A stretch of 64,000 bases of DNA, taken from contig URJM01000002.1 in assembly GCA_900548225.1 (NCBI GenBank), positions 4,848 through 68,847 on the forward strand, in the 5' to 3' direction. Position numbers and translations under genes: made by a program. The DNA comes from an uncultured bacterium (GTDB taxonomy: Bacteria > Verrucomicrobiota > Lentisphaeria > Oligosphaerales > Oligosphaeraceae). Shown here one piece after another: positions 1 through 8,738 of the stretch. Below the pieces are notes generated by a model, which saw nothing but the letters and a program-made list of their open reading frames with translations, ran no database searches and was not told where the DNA came from. The first letter of the stretch is position 1, and every line of letters begins with the position of its first letter.

Positions 1-752
1 AAATAGATTCTGTCGATTACGGGGAAGCCCTTCCTGCATGCCTTCTCGAAGTCCTGGAGCGCGTCCACGTCCGGGGTCTCCGGCAGGAATTTTTCGATGC
101 TCATGAGATTCTTGATGGCTGCGGGGAGATTTCCGCGTGCCATGGACCTGCGCCATGCGAGCGCTCCGCGCAGTGCGTCCGCCAGGGTTTTGCGTTCACT
201 GGCTTCGGCCTCGAGGTCCTTGACATCCAGCCTGATGTCGCCCACGTAGACGGAGTAGTCGGTCTTTGGCGAGGAGCAGAATATGTCGATGTACTCGATG
301 GCGCTCAGGTCGAAGTTGCTCATCTCGCCAATCTCCGCCTTGAGGGTGTGCCTGCCCTTTGACCGGACCGTGTCGAAGAAGTTGAATGTCTTCGGGTCGT
401 TCTTGGTTTTGACGACCAGTCCCACTGGCTCGTCGGTTTCGCAGTAGATGTCAATCAGGAGTGCGTTCACGAGGCGCCAGTCTGTGAGTGCGTCCGGCAC
501 CTTGTCGAGGTAGAGTTTTCCCGACGGCCACCACTCCTCGCCCGTCCGTGCATTTCCCTTGTATGTGAACTTGACCGTGAGTCCGGATTCGCCAGTTGGC
601 CATGGGCGCTGTTCCATCGTCAGGAATTCGTCGCCGTTTGTCCTCCAGGCATTTTCGGGCGGGTTGGCTGCGGAGTTGACATAGAGGTCGACCTCCTTTG
701 CAAGAAGCGACAGCGACAGCAGGATTCCGGCTAGCAGAAGAAATCTTTTCAT
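1..752 (-). CDS. hypothetical secreted protein (partial, C-terminus beyond window start)
   Basis: Minus-strand ORF starts at ATG (revcomp of cat at about 750-752) and stays open to position 1, at least 250 codons. N-terminus MKRFLLLAGILLSLSLLA looks like a signal peptide. Not in the ORF track because no stop lies inside the window. No recognisable domain. Confidence 0.5.
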   Translation of the reverse strand, partial: MKRFLLLAGILLSLSLLAKEVDLYVNSAANPPENAWRTNGDEFLTMEQRPWPTGESGLTVKFTYKGNARTGEEWWPSGKLYLDKVPDALTDWRLVNALLIDIYCETDEPVGLVVKTKNDPKTFNFFDTVRSKGRHTLKAEIGEMSNFDLSAIEYIDIFCSSPKTDYSVYVGDIRLDVKDLEAEASERKTLADALRGALAWRRSMARGNLPAAIKNLMSIEKFLPETPDVDALQDFEKACRKGFPVIDRIY

Positions 753-873
753 TGTCGTGGCAGGATATGGGTGAGTGGATGTGTTTGACACAGGCAAATT
801 GGGTGTTGCGTAATATACGCGCTGGCTTGGCGATTGGGGTTTTGGCATCCTTTCGCCGCGCGAAAAAAGGTGG

Positions 874-2133
874 CTATTCCCCCGCCAGGCAGTCGATGCG
901 TTTTTTTAGGGATTTGAGGGTCTTGTCGATTGTCGGGTAGTCTCTGTAGAGGAATCCCGCCTCCTGGAATGCGGGGGAGTTTTCGACGGCCGTTTCGATT
1001 TCCGCCCGTTTGAGGAGCGCGCGGTCGATTCCGACAACGAGTGGCGCGGCGGGGTGTGCGTCAAGCCAGGCGAGTCGTTCGGCAAGATCCCTCGAATGCC
1101 ATCTGTGGAAGAGCTCCAGGTGGATGATTCTACGGGAACCCTTCCTCCGGAAGGAGTAGTCCGGGAAGATCATCTCGCCTCCGCGCCCCTTGAGAAACGG
1201 AGCCTCCTCTACGATGCGCCATTCGGAGTCCGTTGCGAGAAAGTGGTTTCTGAAGAGGGCCACCTCCTCGGGAAGCACAGCGGAGAATTGGTGATATGGG
1301 CATTTGAGACGGGAATCCTGGTCGAGTTCCAGCTGGAAGAGCCGTCCCTTCCAGAGAATCTGCGCTTCCAGTCTCCACCATGGCATTGTGCAGACAGCGG
1401 GGAAGAACGTAGCCAGCGCGAGGCCGTAGCGCCGTCCCGTGTCCAGCACTGCGGCCGGTCCGTCGACCGTCATCTCCAGCCAGCGGAGCGCGCCGTCGCC
1501 GTCCTGGCCAGATTCCTCCGGGGAGTCCTTGATTTCCGCGAGGAGCTGGAAGAATCTGAGATATTGGCAGAGGCGTCGCAGCTGCGCCGCATCCCTTGCG
1601 CCGACCTTGACCTTCATCTCCCTGGCGGTGAGAAGCAGCGCCTGGACCTGCGCGAGGTTGTAGCGTTCCAGGAGCCCCCGCGCGTCAATGTCGTCGAATT
1701 TCAGCAGCCGGTCGTTTTCCGGCAGGTCGCCGTAGAGATTTCCAACAAGCGGGTTTTCGGGCAGCATTTCCCTGATGCGTTCTTCCCAGTGGCCGAATTG
1801 CGGCAGCGTGTCGTTGCCCCGCAGCAGCTGCGCGGATGCATCGAGAATCTCCTTCCGCAGGGTCTGGAAATCGAGCTGTGAACTTGAGGAGAAGTCAGTG
1901 CGGTCTTCGAGGAGCTTCACGATTCCGAGGCCAAGGCTCCTGCGCGTGGTCTCCGCCAGGACTGCCTTGACGTTTTCATCGAGCTGCCCGCGGCTTTCAC
2001 GCCGGTCCAGTGCGTTGTGGAAGAGTCCGATGAGCTGTTCGCAAAGCAGGAGGTTTTCCTGTGTGAATCCCACGAACCTCGGGAGGATGGAGTCCCTGCG
2101 GCAATATGGATGGACAAGTGCCTGGGTCAGCAT
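874..2133 (-). CDS. Bax1-like nuclease (DUF790-type partner of XPB helicase), 419 aa
   Basis: ATG at 2133 overlaps the stop of the upstream helicase gene by 7 nt, which suggests translational coupling. Size and position match archaeal/bacterial Bax1 (binds archaeal XPB). The family call rests mainly on context; no motif confirmation is possible by eye. Confidence 0.55.
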   Translation of the reverse strand: MLTQALVHPYCRRDSILPRFVGFTQENLLLCEQLIGLFHNALDRRESRGQLDENVKAVLAETTRRSLGLGIVKLLEDRTDFSSSSQLDFQTLRKEILDASAQLLRGNDTLPQFGHWEERIREMLPENPLVGNLYGDLPENDRLLKFDDIDARGLLERYNLAQVQALLLTAREMKVKVGARDAAQLRRLCQYLRFFQLLAEIKDSPEESGQDGDGALRWLEMTVDGPAAVLDTGRRYGLALATFFPAVCTMPWWRLEAQILWKGRLFQLELDQDSRLKCPYHQFSAVLPEEVALFRNHFLATDSEWRIVEEAPFLKGRGGEMIFPDYSFRRKGSRRIIHLELFHRWHSRDLAERLAWLDAHPAAPLVVGIDRALLKRAEIETAVENSPAFQEAGFLYRDYPTIDKTLKSLKKRIDCLAGE

Positions 2134-3536
2134 TCCTCGTGTGTCTCCATTGGGTTGCCGTATGCCGGGTGCATCCTGCGTCTTTCGGAGGTATATGTCT
2201 CACTTGTGCCGTCGCTGACGAGTTCGTAGAGCAGGGCGGTCTTGCCTGGCGAGGGTCGGAGAATCCTGCCCAGGCGCTGGACGTGCTCCCTGACGGAGCC
2301 GGAGCCCGACACGATGATGCCGATGTTCGCGGCGGGCACGTCAACCCCTTCGTTCAGCACCTTGCTGGTGACCAGGGCTGGATATGTGCCGTTGCGGAAG
2401 GCCTCCAGGAATGCTACGCGCTCGGCGGACTTCGTGTGGTGTGTAATCACCGGCAGCGCAAAGGCGTTGCCGAGGCGGTATGCCGCTGCGTTGTCCGCCG
2501 TGAATATGATGGTGCGGTCGTGGCGGTGCGCCTCCAGCAGTTCGGCCACGGTGCGGAACTTTGCGGTCGAGAATCGCGCGATGCGGCGTTGGTCCAGGTA
2601 GGCTTGCATTGCCTGGTGCCCCTCCGTGGTGCGGCTTGCCGCCCTCAGGAAGTTGCCCCAGCCCTGGGGCGTGCCAAGGCGGATGTTGTTCTTGCGCAGA
2701 AAGTCCACGTAGATTCCGTGGGCGCGGGAGTATTCCGCAACCTCGCCTTCGTCAAGGCTCGTGTAGATTGGCACGGTCTCGTATGGCGCCAGGACAGTCT
2801 CCCTGGACAGTTCGCCTATCTCCCTGCGGTAGCAGATACGCCCCACTAGCCTTTCGTATTCCCTGTCGAGTCCGTCGTCCCGTTCGGGTGTTGCGGTCAA
2901 TCCCAGTCGGAATGGCGCGATTGATCCGATGGCGATTTGCGAGTAGGACGGGCCGGGCAGATGGTGGCACTCGTCCACGACCAGCAGTCCGAAGCGGTTG
3001 CCGATGCGGTCGATTGTCAGCAGTGCCGAATCGTATGTCGAGACGGTGACATCCTGGATGTCCTGGGTGCCGCCGCCAAGTATTCCGATGGGTCGCCGGA
3101 AGGCGTTCCTGAGTTGCAGGACCCACTGGGCAAGCAAGTCCAGGGTCGGGACAATAACGAGGGTTGAGCGGTTCGTGCGTGCAATCGCCATCTGCGCCAG
3201 AAAGGACTTGCCTGTGCCAGTTGGAAGGACGACGATGCCGCGCCTGGCGGACTCCTCCCATCGGGCGATGGCCTCCGCCTGGTAGTCCCTTGGCGGGTGG
3301 CTGGAGAAGAGTTCCAGTCCCGGGGAGGTGTAGGCCCTTGCCTGGTCGTCGTAGGGGAAGTGCCCCCTGTGCAACGCCGCGATGATGGCGGAGTACGCGC
3401 TGGCCGCCGCCCGGAAGCACTGCACGCGCCTGTCATATCGGCAGAACTCCCCGATGCCGCAGGGCAGTTCTCCGGGAGTTCTGGCCTCGCCGTCGCCCAC
3501 GAGCAGCGTTCCTGACTGAAAGCGTATTGGAAGCAC
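2127..3536 (-). CDS. xpb: XPB/Ssl2-like superfamily-2 DNA helicase (DEAH-type)
   Basis: Motif I PTGTGKS, motif II DECHH, motif III LTATPERDD (resembles the XPB RED motif), motif VI QRLGRILR. An N-terminal extension of about 70 aa sits where XPB has its damage-recognition domain. GTG start at 3536, 28 nt after the kinase gene stop. Confidence 0.8.
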   Translation of the reverse strand: MLPIRFQSGTLLVGDGEARTPGELPCGIGEFCRYDRRVQCFRAAASAYSAIIAALHRGHFPYDDQARAYTSPGLELFSSHPPRDYQAEAIARWEESARRGIVVLPTGTGKSFLAQMAIARTNRSTLVIVPTLDLLAQWVLQLRNAFRRPIGILGGGTQDIQDVTVSTYDSALLTIDRIGNRFGLLVVDECHHLPGPSYSQIAIGSIAPFRLGLTATPERDDGLDREYERLVGRICYRREIGELSRETVLAPYETVPIYTSLDEGEVAEYSRAHGIYVDFLRKNNIRLGTPQGWGNFLRAASRTTEGHQAMQAYLDQRRIARFSTAKFRTVAELLEAHRHDRTIIFTADNAAAYRLGNAFALPVITHHTKSAERVAFLEAFRNGTYPALVTSKVLNEGVDVPAANIGIIVSGSGSVREHVQRLGRILRPSPGKTALLYELVSDGTSETYTSERRRMHPAYGNPMETHEEC

Positions 3537-3564
3537 GTGCGTGTGAAGTAGGGATTCGCGTCTG

Positions 3565-5808
3565 TCAGGCGACCGTCACATCGCTTTCAAGCAGCTTGAA
3601 TATTCTGGTGAGGGACTGGATGAATCCCAGGATCATCGTCTGCCCCTCCTCGCGCCTGCCTTCCCTGAAGGCCTCCATTATCGTGACGGTCTTTTCGGAG
3701 TGGTCCAGGAGTCCGATTGCGGCGAGCTGTCCCTTGAGGCGATGCAGCAGTGCGAGAGTCTCCTGTTCGTTGCCCTGCTGTGCATAGCTTCCCAGGTTGT
3801 CCAGGAGCGGCCTCCAGTCCGCAAGCGTCTGTGCCAGCAGCATTTTGATTTCGCCCAGGGAGAGCTGGTATTGTTCGCGCATGAAGTCGTGCATTCTCCT
3901 GACAGTCGCGACCTCGGGGGATTCAGCGAGTTCCCTGTCGGCGGCCCGCAGTTCGCGTTCTGGCGTGATGCCAAGCGCCTCCGCAATGCAGAGCAGAAGC
4001 TGGTCCCTTTCGAAGGGCTTCGGGATGAATCCCGTGGAGCCCGCACCGAGTGCCTTTTCGACATCCTCCTGGTATGCGGACGCTGTGAGCGCGATGATGG
4101 TGGTGGTGGCCGCGTCAGGCAGCTTGCGGATTTCCCTGATGGCCGTATAGCCGTCCATGATTGGCATCTGTATGTCCATGAATATCAGGTCGAAGTGCTG
4201 CTGCCGGCATAGGTCCAGCGCCTCCCGTCCGTTTTCGGCCGTGCGGTAGGGCAGTCCCACGGACTGGCAAATCGTCTCCAGCAGGAAGAGATTTGTCAGG
4301 GTGTCGTCCACCAGCAGCGCCCAGTGTTTTTTAAGTTCCGTGCGTGGGAGTTTGACATGGTAGAGGTCCGAGAGATGGACCTGTTCCTCAGGTTTTGAGG
4401 CGGCGCACTGCAGTGTGAAGTAGAAGCAGCTTCCTTCTCCGGGACTGCTCTTCACCTGGAGCCGTCCGCCCAGGAGTTCGACCAGTGAGTGGGAGATGGT
4501 GAGCCCCAGCCCCGTGCCGCCATATCGCCTGGCAATCGAGATGTCTGCCTGTTCGTATGGTTTGAAGAGGTGGTCCTGTTCGCTTTGGGTCATTCCGATT
4601 CCGGAGTCCCTGACTGCGAAGTCGATGGAGAGGCGTCCTCCATCCATGGGCGTGACCTGGATTTCCAGGGCGACCTCGCCGCGTTCGGTGAACTTGACGC
4701 CGTTGCCCAGGAGGTTGTCGAGAATTTGCCTCAGCAGCGACGGGTCGGTTCTCATGAGGACGGGCTCCTCCGTGCCGTGGAAGAGCAGATTCACCTTGAG
4801 GGGCTTGCCGCGTGCGGACTGGCGTGCCAGGGCGACGCGTTCCTCCGCAAAGGAGCGCAGGTCGAATGTCACCTCGGATGCGGTCAGCTTGCCGGCGCGG
4901 AGCTTTGTGAAGTCGAGGATTTCGTTGATGACATGCACAAGACCCTTTGCGCTGGAGTCGATGATCTTGAGATACTGGCGCTGCTGGTCGCTGAGCTGGG
5001 TCTCCTTCAGGCTTGAAAGGAAGCCAAGCAGGCCGTTCATGGGAGTCCGGATTTCGTGGGACATGGTCGCGATGAACTTTTCGCGGGACTGGGACTCCTT
5101 GCGTATGCGGCGCAGCAATTCGTCCATCCCCTCGGCAAAGGTCGGGTCTTCCGTTGCCGAGGGGTCGCGCCTGGCGTGCCGCGCCGGCTCCTCCAGGAGC
5201 TGTCCTACGGGCACGGAGAGATAGTTCCTGAGTGTCTGGAGCTGGCATTTCCGGCGTCTTGACAGGATGAAGAGCCAGTATCCCAGCAGTCCGAGCAATG
5301 GAAGCGGCCATATCCAGCAGAAGATGGCATACGCCATGATTCTCCGGCCTATGGCGTCGTTGGTCTTGCGGATGATATCGTCCGCCTCGCCAATGCACCG
5401 GGAGAGTTCCTCCAGGGGGCGTGAGATGTCCCTGCTTTCCGCAATCGCCTTCAGCTGGCCGCCGACCATGCCGTGGATGTCGTAGAGTCGAAGGATGTCG
5501 GCGCGGTCGGAGGCGTCCGGCATCATCATCAGCATCCTGAGGCGTGTGTCCTGCCTCTCCTGCTCCGCATGCAGCGCCCTCTGGGCATGGTCGCGCTTCT
5601 CCGCCCGCCCGGCCCGCTGGGCCTCGAATATGCTCTGCGAAAGAATGAGTTCCTGATGCCAGGAGCCCCCGACCTCGCTCAATATCGATGAAATCCTCCC
5701 TGAAGCGGAAAGACGGCTGCGCAGGAGGATGCCAATGACGACCGACAGCAGCACGTACGCCGCGACCCCCAGCAGGATGGAGAGTTGTCTTCGTGTGAGG
5801 TTGGGCAT
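3565..5808 (-). CDS. tripartite hybrid sensor histidine kinase (HisKA-HATPase-REC-Hpt), two TM segments
   Basis: H-box MSHEIRTPMNG. HATPase G-boxes DSGIGM and GGTGLGL. Receiver DLIFMDIQMPIMDG with conserved D and K. C-terminal Hpt motif HRLKGQ. Two N-terminal hydrophobic segments flank a periplasmic region of about 130 aa. Confidence 0.9.
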   Translation of the reverse strand: MPNLTRRQLSILLGVAAYVLLSVVIGILLRSRLSASGRISSILSEVGGSWHQELILSQSIFEAQRAGRAEKRDHAQRALHAEQERQDTRLRMLMMMPDASDRADILRLYDIHGMVGGQLKAIAESRDISRPLEELSRCIGEADDIIRKTNDAIGRRIMAYAIFCWIWPLPLLGLLGYWLFILSRRRKCQLQTLRNYLSVPVGQLLEEPARHARRDPSATEDPTFAEGMDELLRRIRKESQSREKFIATMSHEIRTPMNGLLGFLSSLKETQLSDQQRQYLKIIDSSAKGLVHVINEILDFTKLRAGKLTASEVTFDLRSFAEERVALARQSARGKPLKVNLLFHGTEEPVLMRTDPSLLRQILDNLLGNGVKFTERGEVALEIQVTPMDGGRLSIDFAVRDSGIGMTQSEQDHLFKPYEQADISIARRYGGTGLGLTISHSLVELLGGRLQVKSSPGEGSCFYFTLQCAASKPEEQVHLSDLYHVKLPRTELKKHWALLVDDTLTNLFLLETICQSVGLPYRTAENGREALDLCRQQHFDLIFMDIQMPIMDGYTAIREIRKLPDAATTTIIALTASAYQEDVEKALGAGSTGFIPKPFERDQLLLCIAEALGITPERELRAADRELAESPEVATVRRMHDFMREQYQLSLGEIKMLLAQTLADWRPLLDNLGSYAQQGNEQETLALLHRLKGQLAAIGLLDHSEKTVTIMEAFREGRREEGQTMILGFIQSLTRIFKLLESDVTVA

Positions 5809-5847
5809 CTGGAGTGGGGCGTCTGCCTGGAGAAATGGTTGCGCGTG

Positions 5848-7641
5848 TCAGGAGTTGTGGACGGACTCCATGAAGTCGTCGAGGATGCGTTGCGCCTGTT
5901 CGGCCGTGTCCACGTCGCAGACCTGCTGGTACAGGTCGCGGCAGTCTTCGAGGCGCACTCTCCTGGCAAGTTCCCTGATGTGGGGCACAGCGGCAGGGTT
6001 CATTGAAAATTTGCGCAGGCCGGCGCCTATCAACACCGGCAACGCCGACATGTTGCCACCCATCTCGCCGCAAATCTCCAGCTCCTTGTCGGGATACTTG
6101 GACATGATGCGGCAGACGTCGCCAATGAGCCTGATGACAACCGGATGGCACTGCTGGTACCACTGCTTGACACGGGCGTTGCCACGGTCTACGGCGAAGA
6201 GGTACTGCACAAGGTCGTTGGTGCCGATGCTGACAAAGTCCACCTCCGGGAGGAGGCGCTCCAGGGTCAACGCGGCACTGGGCACCTCGAGCATCATCCC
6301 GATGGGGGGATTCCCGTATTCAATTCCATCCTTCCTCAGGGACTCCTGTGCGTCCCTGACCATCGCCTTGATGCGTATGATGTCGCTCATGTCGGAAATC
6401 ATCGGGAAGAGAAGTCGGACATTCCTGGCGACGCACACCCTCAGGATTGCACGGAGGTGCGTCCTGGCAAAGTCTGGGTTGGTGAGGAGGAAACGGAGAC
6501 CGCGCCATCCAAGTGAGGGGTTCAGTTCGTCGTCCCACTGGATGTAGGGCAGGGGCTTGTCGCCTCCGATGTCCAGGGCGCGGATTACGACGGGGGCTCC
6601 TTCCGCGCCGCCTACAAGTCGTTGGAGGACACGGTGTTGTGTCTCTTCATCAGGCATATTGTTCCGTATCAGGAACATGAATTCGGTGCGGTAGAGCCCG
6701 ATTTCGCGTATGCCTGCGCTGTGCAGCGCCGGGATTTCGCTGAAGAGGGTGATGTTTCCGCAGAGGCTGATCGTGGTGCCGTCGAGGGTCTTCGGCGAGT
6801 CGTCCACGGGCGCGTCCTGGGACTGTCCGCCCGTCGCCTGGCGGCTCCTTCTGCTGATGTTCAGGGCGAGCTGGTACTGCTTCAGCACCCCTGCGTTGGG
6901 ATTGATGTAGCAAATGCCGGCGCGGCAGTCGACGAGCAGCTTGTCCTGGACTGTCACCTGCTCCTGTATCTCCGAGACGCCAATCATCATCGGAATCCTC
7001 AGGGCGCGGGCAATGATGGCGACATGGCTCGTCGCACCCCCCGTGTCACACACAATGCCGCAGACACGCTTCAGCGGAGCAGCCAGGAACTGTGACGGGA
7101 AGAGCTCGCGGGCAACCAATATTATCGGGGTGCAGGAGTCCGGCGAGTCGACTGTCGGAACGCCCGTCGAGTCGGTGTTCCGTATTTCGTCCATGATTCT
7201 CATCAGGACATCCTGCACATCCAGAAGCCTTTCGCGCAGGTATCTGTCATTGATGTGGAGGAATTCGTCCTGGAATGACCTGGAGGCCAGTACCAGGGCG
7301 GATGGGAGCGTCAGGTGGTCGTCGAGGTATTTGACGATTCTTTCCTGGAGGGTCGGGTCGTCCAGGAGGCTCTCATACATTTGGAAGAGCCCTTCGTCCG
7401 CCTCGGAAAGTAAATCCTTGACTTGCCGGGAAGCCGCTTCGATTGAGGCGCGGGCGCTTTCGATGGCTGCCTTGAGGAGTCGCTTCTCCCCCTCGACGTC
7501 CTCGGTCCTGACAAGCTTCACGTCCTTCAGCGCGTCATCGCTGGAAAGAACCAGGCATCTGCCATAGCAGACGCCTGGGACAATCGGCGTGCCTGTCTTG
7601 AAGAGCACGTCCTTCCTGGCATCGGGTCTAGTCTTGGTCAT
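5848..7641 (-). CDS. ptsI: phosphoenolpyruvate-protein phosphotransferase (PTS enzyme I)
   Basis: PEP-utilising mobile domain GGATSHVAIIARAL and a TIM-barrel PEP-binding domain. Start moved to the internal ATG (MTKTRPD...) at 7641, because the track start at 7779 runs into rnpB. No N-terminal GAF domain. Confidence 0.9.
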   Translation of the reverse strand: MTKTRPDARKDVLFKTGTPIVPGVCYGRCLVLSSDDALKDVKLVRTEDVEGEKRLLKAAIESARASIEAASRQVKDLLSEADEGLFQMYESLLDDPTLQERIVKYLDDHLTLPSALVLASRSFQDEFLHINDRYLRERLLDVQDVLMRIMDEIRNTDSTGVPTVDSPDSCTPIILVARELFPSQFLAAPLKRVCGIVCDTGGATSHVAIIARALRIPMMIGVSEIQEQVTVQDKLLVDCRAGICYINPNAGVLKQYQLALNISRRSRQATGGQSQDAPVDDSPKTLDGTTISLCGNITLFSEIPALHSAGIREIGLYRTEFMFLIRNNMPDEETQHRVLQRLVGGAEGAPVVIRALDIGGDKPLPYIQWDDELNPSLGWRGLRFLLTNPDFARTHLRAILRVCVARNVRLLFPMISDMSDIIRIKAMVRDAQESLRKDGIEYGNPPIGMMLEVPSAALTLERLLPEVDFVSIGTNDLVQYLFAVDRGNARVKQWYQQCHPVVIRLIGDVCRIMSKYPDKELEICGEMGGNMSALPVLIGAGLRKFSMNPAAVPHIRELARRVRLEDCRDLYQQVCDVDTAEQAQRILDDFMESVHNS

Positions 7642-7704
7642 GCCTTCTGCGGATGCTTGTGAATGCTGGAATGACACCCCCGGGGCAATTCTCCCGCCCC
7701 TGGG

Positions 7705-8090
7705 GAAAGATGTGTGTGGACAGATGACTGTAAGCCAGATTCTGTGCACCGCCCCTAGAGGCGGCCGGCGACCATTCATCTAACGCGACCGATACCCGAA
7801 ACTGTGCTTGCGCATGGCGCGGGCCGCGCCTCGTTTCCTATTTGGTCTTGCACCAGAAGGGGCTTGCCGAGCCGACAGCCCTTGCGAGCTGCCGCGGTGG
7901 GCTCTTACCCCGCCTTTTTCACCCTTGCCGACACAAAATGGCCGGCGGTCTCTTCTCTGTTGCGCTATCCTGACCGCGGGTTCACCCCGCGATACCCGAT
8001 CTTTCAACCGGGCTTCCTGCCCTGTGGTGTCTGGACTTTCCTCCCCGAAATAATCGGAGCGGCCGCCCGTCTCCGTCCACACTCGGTTAA
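7705..8090 (-). ncRNA. rnpB: RNase P RNA, bacterial type A
   Basis: Minus strand carries the P4 hallmarks GGAGGAAAGUCCAGAC...ACAGGGCAGG (5' side) and ACAGAAUCUGGCUUACAG (3' side), plus internal GCAACAGAGAAG and GGUAAGAGCCCACCG blocks that match the E. coli M1 RNA layout. The ends (P1) are estimated to within about 15 nt. Confidence 0.85.
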
Positions 8091-8158
8091 TATAACCTGA
8101 CAGCGAAGAGGCGAAGCCCCCCTCCGGTAGCGAAGAAAGACCCCGACGCCAGAGCTCT

Positions 8159-8510
8159 GAACCACGAATGGAACCACGAAATACAGGAGTGGAACCACGA
8201 AAAACACGAAAGGCACGAAAAAAGAAAGCAGGGGGGAGAGTATGAACCACGAATGGACACGAATGGACACGAATGGACACGAATGGAACCACGAAATACA
8301 GGAGTGGAACCACGAAAAACACGAAAGGCGCGAAAAAAGAAGGGAGGGGGGAGAGTATGAACCACGAATGGACACGAATGGAACCACGAAATACAGGAGC
8401 GGAACCACGAAAAACACGAAATACACGAAAAAAGAAAGAAACCCGTAGTCGGGGCGGTATATGAACCACGGATGCACACGAATAATCGTAGTCGGGGCAA
8501 ATTCCCAATA
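8159..8510. repeat. tandem repeat array: about 3.5 units of 85-114 bp, each beginning gaaccacgaatgg and containing a variable-copy 10-bp microsatellite acacgaatgg (1, 4 and 2 copies)
   Basis: Read directly from the sequence. Units end in a purine-rich run (gggggagagtat). The same family recurs at 35030-35295. Confidence 0.85.
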
Positions 8511-8599
8511 TCTGCCGTACCTTCTTTCCTTCTGGTTCCTTATAACGGAAAAAGCCGTCGGCTTTTGGGTGTTACCCCGTGGCTCGACGGCTTTTGAAA

Positions 8600-8676
8600 T
8601 GGTGTGCGATGCAGGACTCGGACCAGCGACCTCTACCGTGTCAGGGTAGCGCTCTAACCAACTGAGCTAATCGCAC
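8600..8676 (-). tRNA. tRNA-Val (anticodon GAC)
   Basis: Minus-strand cloverleaf: GTGCGAT acceptor, TAGCTCAGTTGGTTAGAGC D-arm, anticodon loop CTGACAC, encoded CCA. The T-arm has one U-U mismatch and an unusual T-loop TCCGAGT (C at position 55). Confidence 0.7.
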
Positions 8677-8738
8677 TTTGTTTGGAAAGCGGGCTTACTA
8701 TAGTGGGAACTTTTCCGTTTTCAACCTGCCTTGCCCAA

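Noticed and set aside
874-2133. Alternative reading of the DUF790-like protein as a type III restriction-type nuclease partner of a Res-like helicase
   Set aside because: No methyltransferase (Mod) gene nearby, and the helicase carries an RED-like motif and XPB-like N-terminal extension. The XPB-Bax1 interpretation is favoured but remains to be tested.
5848-7779. Longer N-terminal extension of ptsI (track start at 7779)
   Set aside because: The extra 46 codons overlap the RNase P RNA gene and add a non-homologous peptide. The internal ATG at 7641 gives a canonical EI N-terminus.
8159-8510. ORFs translated from the tandem repeats (e.g. 7780-8508, 8004-8477, 8087-8500, 8242-8448)
   Set aside because: Low-complexity periodic peptides generated by the repeat itself (HEWTRMDTNG... 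and FFVVPLLYFVVPF...), overlapping rnpB. Not coding.
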